Shown one piece after another: positions 58,796 through 64,000 of a stretch of 64,000 nt of DNA. The notes under the pieces were generated by a model. It did not search any database. It worked only from the letters and a program-made list of their open reading frames with translations, and was not told the origin of the DNA. The stretch covers positions 2,697-66,696 of the forward strand of contig JBBQYG010000003.1 in assembly GCA_038208905.1 (NCBI GenBank). The letters run 5' to 3'. The DNA is from Candidatus Sumerlaeia bacterium (GTDB lineage: Bacteria > Sumerlaeota > Sumerlaeia > SLMS01). The position numbers and the translations under genes were made by a program. The stretch's first letter is position 1. Each line of letters starts with the position of its first letter.

Positions 58796-59095
58796 TCAAG
58801 GCCGCTGGTCCCGCTCCTCGTCCATATCGAGATGAAATCGGCGAAGAAATCGGTGTAGCCACGGTGCGGCAAGGAATGCGGCCGCCGAAAAGAACACAAT
58901 CCCAATGAAGAGCGCATAAGCGGAGGCGAACAGCTTGCCCCCTGTTGTTTTCAACTCTGTCACAGGTCCCATTCCCGCGAGGATCATCGATGCGTTGAGA
59001 AGCGCATCCACCCATGCCATGCCCTCTACCATCTTGTACCCACACGTCCCGATCAGCAATGCGACGAGGATGATGGCGCCAGAGATGGCGCTCAT
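58796..59095 (-). CDS. Small 2-TM membrane protein
   Basis: 99 aa: MSAISGAIILVALLIGTCGY...LFASAYALFIGIVFFSAAAFLAAPW, with a charged tail. Confidence 0.5.
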   Translation of the reverse strand: MSAISGAIILVALLIGTCGYKMVEGMAWVDALLNASMILAGMGPVTELKTTGGKLFASAYALFIGIVFFSAAAFLAAPWLHRFLRRFHLDMDEERDQRP

Positions 59096-59498
59096 CGCGG
59101 CTTGCGAATGGAATGGGATACTGGGAATCCTCGCCGAAGTAGTAGACCGAGTTTGTCTTTCTGCCGATGGCGAAGTAGTTCTGCGAAATCTCGATCACTT
59201 TTCCATTCTTGCTCTCCCGCTCTTCCACAATGCGGGCCTCCACTCCATCTACCATCAGGGTTTCCTCGGTGACGGTGATAGTCAGGGTCTCGCCCGAAGC
59301 ATTGTCGAACTCCGCATACTCGGCGACCCACCCGGGCTCCAGGATGAAGTAGGGATTCGTTCCGGCTGACATGAGATCAGACTTGTCCTCCGGGAAATCG
59401 CGCTGGAAGTCGTCGGCCTTGGTCCCTCCCGTGTGGGCATAGGATGCGGCAAACACGAGGGTGCCCAATGCAACGGAACAGCACACTGACTTGTTCAT
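59096..59498 (-). CDS. Small secreted domain protein with undefined 3' end (reads through, out of frame, across the downstream membrane-protein gene)
   Basis: Start at internal MNKSVCCSVALGTLVFAASYA (signal peptide, ATG 59496-59498). Protein-like for ~125 aa (...GRKTNSVYYFGEDS), then it becomes Arg-rich junk overlapping the 58796-59095 gene in another frame. A frameshift or a gene fusion is suspected. Confidence 0.35.
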
Positions 59499-59655
59499 GG
59501 CGAACGCTCCTTGCCGCTTTGAATCAGAATGGAATCCGCTGCGATTAGGAAGCAGTAGCCATTCGGAAGCTGAAGTTTTTGAGGAATCTCCCCTCGCCAC
59601 CATAAAATCCAGGCTCAAGGATGGCCCTAAGAATCCGATCCGGAGGAATCCACCC

Positions 59656-60579
59656 ATGATTGTGCGCGTCGCCGCCGTACAGGCATCACCCGTATTCCTC
59701 GATCTGGATGCCACCCTTCAGAAGACAATCGGCCTGATTGAGGAAGCCGCGGCGCTCGGCGCGCGCTACATCGTCTTCCCCGAGTCGTGGCTTCCCGGCT
59801 ATCCCGCATGGCTCGACTTCTGCCCGGGCGCCGCGTTGTGGAATAGCCCGGGCGCGAAGGCCGTCTTCGCGCGGCTCCGCGAGAACAGCGTGGTGGTCGA
59901 CGGGCGCGAGACCCAGGCGCTCGCTGAGGCCGCCCTACGCCTCGGCGTCGTGCTCGTCGTCGGCATCCATGAGCGCGTCGACTCCGGGCCAGGACGCGGC
60001 ACCCTCTATAACACGTTGCTCACATTCGACGAGATGGGAGCACTCGCAAACGCACACCGCAAGCTGGTCCCCACCTACACGGAACGACTGCTCTGGGGAC
60101 AGGGCGACGGCAAGTCGCTCGTCGCGACGCCTACCGGAGTTGCCGGCCGCGTCGGAGGGCTCATCTGCTGGGAGCACTGGATGCCGCTTTCGAGACAGGC
60201 GCTACACAACTCCGGCGAGGACATCCACGCCGCCGTGTGGCCCACGGTGCATGAGATGCACCAGATCGCCAGCCGCCACTATGCCTTCGAGGCACGCTGC
60301 TTCGTCGTTGCCAGCGGGGGGATATTGCGAGTCCGCGATCTGCCCGCGGACTTGGAAGTCATCGCTGAACTCAAGGACCGCCCCGATCACATGGTACTTC
60401 GCGGCGGGAGCGCCGTCATCGGCCCCGACGGCAAGTACATCGCCGAGCCAGTCTTCGCCGAGGAGACAATCGTTGTCGCCGACTGCGATTTCCGCCGTAT
60501 CGACGAGGAACGCATGACTCTCGACACAGCCGGACACTACTCGCGCCCCGACGTGTTTAGGTTCGGCATTCGCGAATAG
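59656..60579 (+). CDS. Nitrilase/cyanide hydratase family (carbon-nitrogen hydrolase branch 1)
   Basis: ATG 59656 with GGAGGA RBS. Catalytic E (FPESWLPGYP), K (HRKLVPT) and C (GGLICWEHWMP) motifs. Confidence 0.8.
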   Translation: MIVRVAAVQASPVFLDLDATLQKTIGLIEEAAALGARYIVFPESWLPGYPAWLDFCPGAALWNSPGAKAVFARLRENSVVVDGRETQALAEAALRLGVVLVVGIHERVDSGPGRGTLYNTLLTFDEMGALANAHRKLVPTYTERLLWGQGDGKSLVATPTGVAGRVGGLICWEHWMPLSRQALHNSGEDIHAAVWPTVHEMHQIASRHYAFEARCFVVASGGILRVRDLPADLEVIAELKDRPDHMVLRGGSAVIGPDGKYIAEPVFAEETIVVADCDFRRIDEERMTLDTAGHYSRPDVFRFGIRE

Positions 60580-60723
60580 CCCCAAGCGAGGCAGGTGGAG
60601 CCTTCCGCTCGCCTATGTCTTGTATTGCGACCCACGCGAGCCTCCTCCGTGACAGCCCGGGTGAGGTCGGCGTTCATTTCCCATGCTTTCACACCCAATA
60701 ATAAGTAATCGAGTGTTTGTATT

Positions 60724-60742
60724 TGTGGGGTCCAACCCCACA
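60724..60742. repeat. 7-5-7 inverted repeat TGTGGGG-TCCAA-CCCCACA at the 5' boundary of the radical-SAM remnant, inside a short AT-rich segment
   Basis: Read directly from the sequence. The flanking sequence cccaataataagtaatcgagtgtttgtattt is atypically AT-rich for this genome. Confidence 0.4.
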
Positions 60743-60744
60743 TC

Positions 60745-61228
60745 CCTTCATCGAGTTCGCCGACGACAACCCCTTAGTGAACAAGTCGTGGTGGGGAAAG
60801 GAGCTCTGCGAGGCGCTCATCTCCGAGCGCCTCAAGTGGTTCTCCGAGACCGATATCAGCGTGGCCGCCGACGAGGAATCCCTCCGCCTGATCTCGCGCT
60901 CGGGCTGTCGCCAGTTGCTCATCGGGCTGGAGAGCCCCGCCGCCTCCGCCCTTGGCGGCTCGAGATGCGCACCGACCTCAAGGCGCGCCGCGCGGGAACC
61001 AATGAGGAGCCCATCCGCCGCATTCAGGACCACGGCATCACCGTGAACGGCTGCTTCATCCTCGGCCTCGACGGGCACACGCCGAAAGTGTCCGAGGAGA
61101 TGTACGACTTCGCGCACTGGATGCCGCTCTACGAGGTGCAGATCACGGTACTCAAGCCATTTCCGGGAACGCCGCTCTGCGAGCGGCTGCTCCGCGCGGG
61201 GCTGCACGAGTTGTCGCGCCCGCTGTAA
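60745..61228 (+). pseudogene. Radical SAM (B12-binding-type) protein remnant, 5'-truncated and frame-broken
   Basis: Frame 0 (60717-61046) reads ...NPLVNKSWWGKELCEALISERLKWFSETDISVAADEESLRLISRSGCRQLLIGLES. Frame 2 (60683-61228) continues ...RRIQDHGITVNGCFILGLDGHTPKVSEEMYDFAHWMPLYEVQITVLKPFPGTP. The CxxxCxxC cluster and the B12 domain are absent. Confidence 0.55.
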
Positions 61229-61374
61229 AGCGCAGAGGCGCTGGAGGAGCGTCGCAGGCTGTTCTTTCGGAACCTGATGCGGTCGCGGCGCGCGGTTTCA
61301 GTTGGCAGTCTCCCATTGCGTCTTGGACCCGTCGGCTATTGAATCGCGTGACCATAAATTCGGGAGAATTGGAA

Positions 61375-63078
61375 ATGCATCCCTTCACTTGGCTGCTCGC
61401 ACTATCGGTCCCTACGGGTGTCTGGGCCGCGGGAATCAACATCGCCGCCGATGTGAATCGCGACGGAGTGGTCGACTTTGCCCGTGACGCGCCCGGAAAG
61501 GCCCAGTGGTCATGGGAGCGCGGCGCCGTCTTTCTGAACAACAACGATAGCGACGCCAACAGCGGCCAGCCGGATCACGCCGATGATGTGGTAAACGATG
61601 CCGCGGATCTGGCGGACCTTGCGCCGATCCTGATTCAGCGCCTCTCCAGCATGGAACCCGGCTCGGTGCTGAGCGTGGGGGTAAACCCGTCGGCGGCCCC
61701 CTATATCAAACTCTTTGCCGGAGGGAGCGCAGGTTGGCAGCCCCTGAACTCCAACGGATCGAACGTGCTCGATGCCGCTCTCCTTGCCGTCGGCGATATC
61801 GAGCTGCGCATCGAGGCCAACAGCTATGCCCTGCCCGCGTGGGACGGCCAGGTGGACGTGACCGCAACGCTGGTGCCGCCCGGTGGACAATCGGTCAGCG
61901 ATACAGTGCGCCTGCGCGTGGCGCCTTGGCTGATGCTCGGTCACTCCCGCCCGGCCACCCAGGTCTATCTGCGCGAGTACATCGGCCAGAACGACGTGAT
62001 GCGCGGTCAACTCCAGGCGATCCTCCCGGGGATCGGGTCGTCGCTGGTTGTCTCCCCACAGTCGGATCCCTACCCCTCCAACAATATCTGGATGCAGGAC
62101 GCGATGGAGATCGGCTATTCGGAGATGCCCGGTCGCCGGATGAACGTGGTGCTCAAGTCGAACCGCGGCCCCTCGTGGCCACTGAGCAACTACCCCAAGG
62201 ACGAGCTGCTGGGCCGCGACTTTGGATGGTTCCAGATCGGTGACTATCGATCGTCCTTTGCCGTCGGAAGTGCACCCGACGGCTGGTTGGATTGGTTCGG
62301 CAATTTGGAGGTCACGCCGCCGATCATCGGCCACCCCTTTGGCCGCGCCTACTATGGCTGGAATCCCGAGAGCGGCCAAGGCCTTGATCCGCGAATCGTG
62401 GGGATGATCGACGCGCAGAACCTTCAGGCACCCGCGCTCAAGCTCGATGTCGGCTGGCTCCTGATTCAGCATGTGGACGAGTTGGTGTGCTGGGTGCCCG
62501 CCGCCGATGGCGGATGGAGGATTCTCGTCCCCGACACGCGCGTGATGTATCAGCTGCTGGATGAATGGGTGGCTGCTGGATATACGTCACAGCCCATGAT
62601 GAGGCTCTATGAGCCGACAGAGTCCGTCGGCGCCTTCCGCAACGACGCAACCGATCGCGCGCGCAACCTGGCGCTTCAGTCCAGCCGCATCGATCCGGTC
62701 ATCGAGGCGATGAAGTCCGCCTGGGGGCTGACCGAGGCGCAGGTAATCCGCGTGCCGTCGGCGTTCTACAGCAACGGCGGCGCATACGTCCCCTCGATGG
62801 TGAACGCGTTGGTGGTGAACGGGGCGATCCTGGTCGCCGATCCCCACGGTCCCGAGCCCGATGGGGCCGATCTGATGCAAGCGCACTTCAGGGAGAGTCT
62901 TGCCGCCGCGGGCGTCGAGCTGGCAGTGCATTTTCTGGACGATCAGCGCTATCACCGCTGGAGCGGGAACGTCCACTGCGCCACCAATGCCCGGCGGGAG
63001 GCATACGATCCGGGCGTCTGGGCATCGCTCACCGTGGAGCCCGCGTCCTCCGACAGTGAGAACTGGATGCTTCGCTAG
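61375..63078 (+). CDS. Secreted protein-arginine deiminase (PAD)-like / amidinotransferase-superfamily protein
   Basis: Start at internal MHPFTWLLALSVPTGVWA (signal peptide). Ca-binding-like ADVNRDGVVDFARD. C-terminal catalytic-Cys region YHRWSGNVHCATNARRE resembles the PAD active site. The family call is from motif memory. Confidence 0.5.
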   Translation: MHPFTWLLALSVPTGVWAAGINIAADVNRDGVVDFARDAPGKAQWSWERGAVFLNNNDSDANSGQPDHADDVVNDAADLADLAPILIQRLSSMEPGSVLSVGVNPSAAPYIKLFAGGSAGWQPLNSNGSNVLDAALLAVGDIELRIEANSYALPAWDGQVDVTATLVPPGGQSVSDTVRLRVAPWLMLGHSRPATQVYLREYIGQNDVMRGQLQAILPGIGSSLVVSPQSDPYPSNNIWMQDAMEIGYSEMPGRRMNVVLKSNRGPSWPLSNYPKDELLGRDFGWFQIGDYRSSFAVGSAPDGWLDWFGNLEVTPPIIGHPFGRAYYGWNPESGQGLDPRIVGMIDAQNLQAPALKLDVGWLLIQHVDELVCWVPAADGGWRILVPDTRVMYQLLDEWVAAGYTSQPMMRLYEPTESVGAFRNDATDRARNLALQSSRIDPVIEAMKSAWGLTEAQVIRVPSAFYSNGGAYVPSMVNALVVNGAILVADPHGPEPDGADLMQAHFRESLAAAGVELAVHFLDDQRYHRWSGNVHCATNARREAYDPGVWASLTVEPASSDSENWMLR

Positions 63079-63164
63079 AGGGCATCGCATCCGCTTTCCC
63101 CTGCCTGCCGGCCCTGTTGTTCACCACCCATACAACTGACTAGGCTGGCCCTTTCACCCTCGAA

Positions 63165-63947
63165 GGAACCTCTGACCTCTGCCCCGACTCTTCCTGTATA
63201 TACGCCTAGCAAGGCCTAGCGGAGCAATACGGCCATGGCGTTTCTGATTCCGTGGCAAAAGGACGCGTTCGACGGCATCATCGCGGGGGCTCCGGCCAAC
63301 GCGGCGCTCAACCGCCAGCTCGCGGCAGGCGGGCTCTTCGTGAAGCCGGGCGCGATCAGCGTGGTGGACGCGACCGTGATCCGCGCGGCGACGCGCCCGC
63401 GCAGCAGTCCGCCGCGACGCCGACGCCGCGTAGACCGGGATGATCCCGGATTTCGACGTGACGCCGGCGAATGTGGCGGACATCGACGTGTTCGAGCAGG
63501 TGCTGGGCGACGGCATCGCCGGCGGACTGGCGGACAAGGGCCACGACTCGGCGCAGAACCGCGCGGCGCTGGAGAAGCGCGGCGCGTCCGACGGCACCAT
63601 GCGGCGCATCAGGGCCAAGTGCCCGCCGCCGATCCGCGCGCTCAAGCGATGGCGCCGGCTGGGCCGCGCCGTATATACAGGCATCGTCCGCTTCCGCGAA
63701 CAGGTCAGCCTGGCGATCCTCGCCCACAACCTGCTCAAAGCAGTCCAGCGACGGCACAGCCGCACATGACGCCAGGTCAGAGGGCGGCAACGCGCACCGC
63801 GAACCCGCGCAGGGCCACCACCACCGCGCGCAATCGACCGCCCAGAAGGCTCCAACGCGGCATCGAAGAGGGAAAATGTGGCTCCGGGGCGAAAAAACGA
63901 GGTTGCTTTCAGAACGGAGAGGGGCGGAGGGTCAGGTCAGAGGTTCC
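63165..63947. mobile_element. Internally deleted IS5-family insertion sequence remnant bounded by perfect 13-bp terminal inverted repeats (GGAACCTCTGACC ... GGTCAGAGGTTCC)
   Basis: The IRs at ~63165-63177 and ~63935-63947 are read directly from the sequence. The element encloses a frame-broken IS5-type DDE transposase C-terminal fragment. At ~783 bp it is too short for an autonomous IS5 member. Confidence 0.55.
63235..63769 (+). pseudogene. IS5-family (DDE_Tnp_1) transposase fragment, frameshifted and N-terminally truncated
   Basis: Frame 1: ...GAISVVDATVIRAAT. Frame 2 (63440-63769): DVTPANVADIDVFEQVLGDGIAGGLADKGHDSAQNRAALEKRGASDGTMRRIRAK...RWRRLGRAVYTGIVRFREQVSLAILAHNL. This is typical of the IS5 C-terminal DDE region. 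Confidence 0.6.
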
Positions 63948-64000
63948 CTTTCAGACTACCGCAACGAAGAAGAGCTAAAGGCCGATCTCGCGAGGCGGTT

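Noticed and set aside
3085-63680. Recurrent GTATATAC-type palindromes (e.g. ~3089, ~4715, ~16991, ~63196, ~63673) as a possible dispersed motif.
   Set aside because: The occurrences sit inside coding sequences in different frames and contexts, with no consistent flanks. Given the 64-kb size, the count is compatible with chance. A restriction-modification/methylation target remains possible, but there is no supporting evidence.
1-64000. CRISPR arrays, rRNA or tRNA genes.
   Set aside because: No regularly spaced direct repeats were seen. All intergenic regions are short (<330 bp), and none shows tRNA-like cloverleaf signatures or rRNA-scale conserved blocks on inspection. A tRNAscan/Infernal run would be needed for certainty.

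Overview
Window from a high-GC (~64-65%) bacterial chromosome, densely coding, with many start/stop overlaps and GC3-driven spurious antisense ORFs. A pseudopilin with N-terminal FTLIELL methylation motif, many secreted beta-helix/lamin-tail proteins, GH57 and a futalosine-pathway mqnA suggest a PVC-like or related candidate-phylum organism, but this is not provable from sequence alone. Layout in order:
(1) 0-18 kb: a polyuronide (alginate/pectin-like) degradation locus with a partial SSS symporter, KdgF-like cupin, heparinase II/III-like lyase, sugar-phosphate isomerase, PL6-like beta-helix lyase, a second beta-helix protein, a PF12708-type hydrolase with F5/8 discoidin domain, a 2-hydroxyacid dehydrogenase, an SGNH esterase, an orphan ABC solute-binding lipoprotein and a large GH57.
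(2) 18-22 kb: a GspG-like pseudopilin and hypothetical proteins.
(3) 21.5-31.4 kb: one long minus-strand operon, DUF1611-like P-loop protein -> argC -> atypical OTCase-family argF' -> argB -> NamZ-like exo-muramidase -> lipoprotein -> GHL10 -> YhhQ.
(4) 31.6-33.7 kb: a KAP-family P-loop NTPase fused to a C-terminal FGE-sulfatase domain, the most novel candidate in the window.
(5) 34-54 kb: housekeeping genes (mnmE, parvulin PPIase, yaaA, typA/bipA, GT4, folE, xseA, rnr), a phytochelatin-synthase-like/TraB-Tiki-like pair, and an mqnA operon.
(6) 56-64 kb: a decaying accessory region with a frameshifted lamin-tail protein, aqpZ carrying an in-frame TGA at a conserved Trp, a frame-split secreted/membrane gene pair, a nitrilase, a 5'-truncated frame-broken radical SAM remnant, a PAD-like secreted protein, and an internally deleted IS5-family remnant with 13-bp terminal inverted repeats.
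No rRNA, tRNA or CRISPR arrays were recognised.
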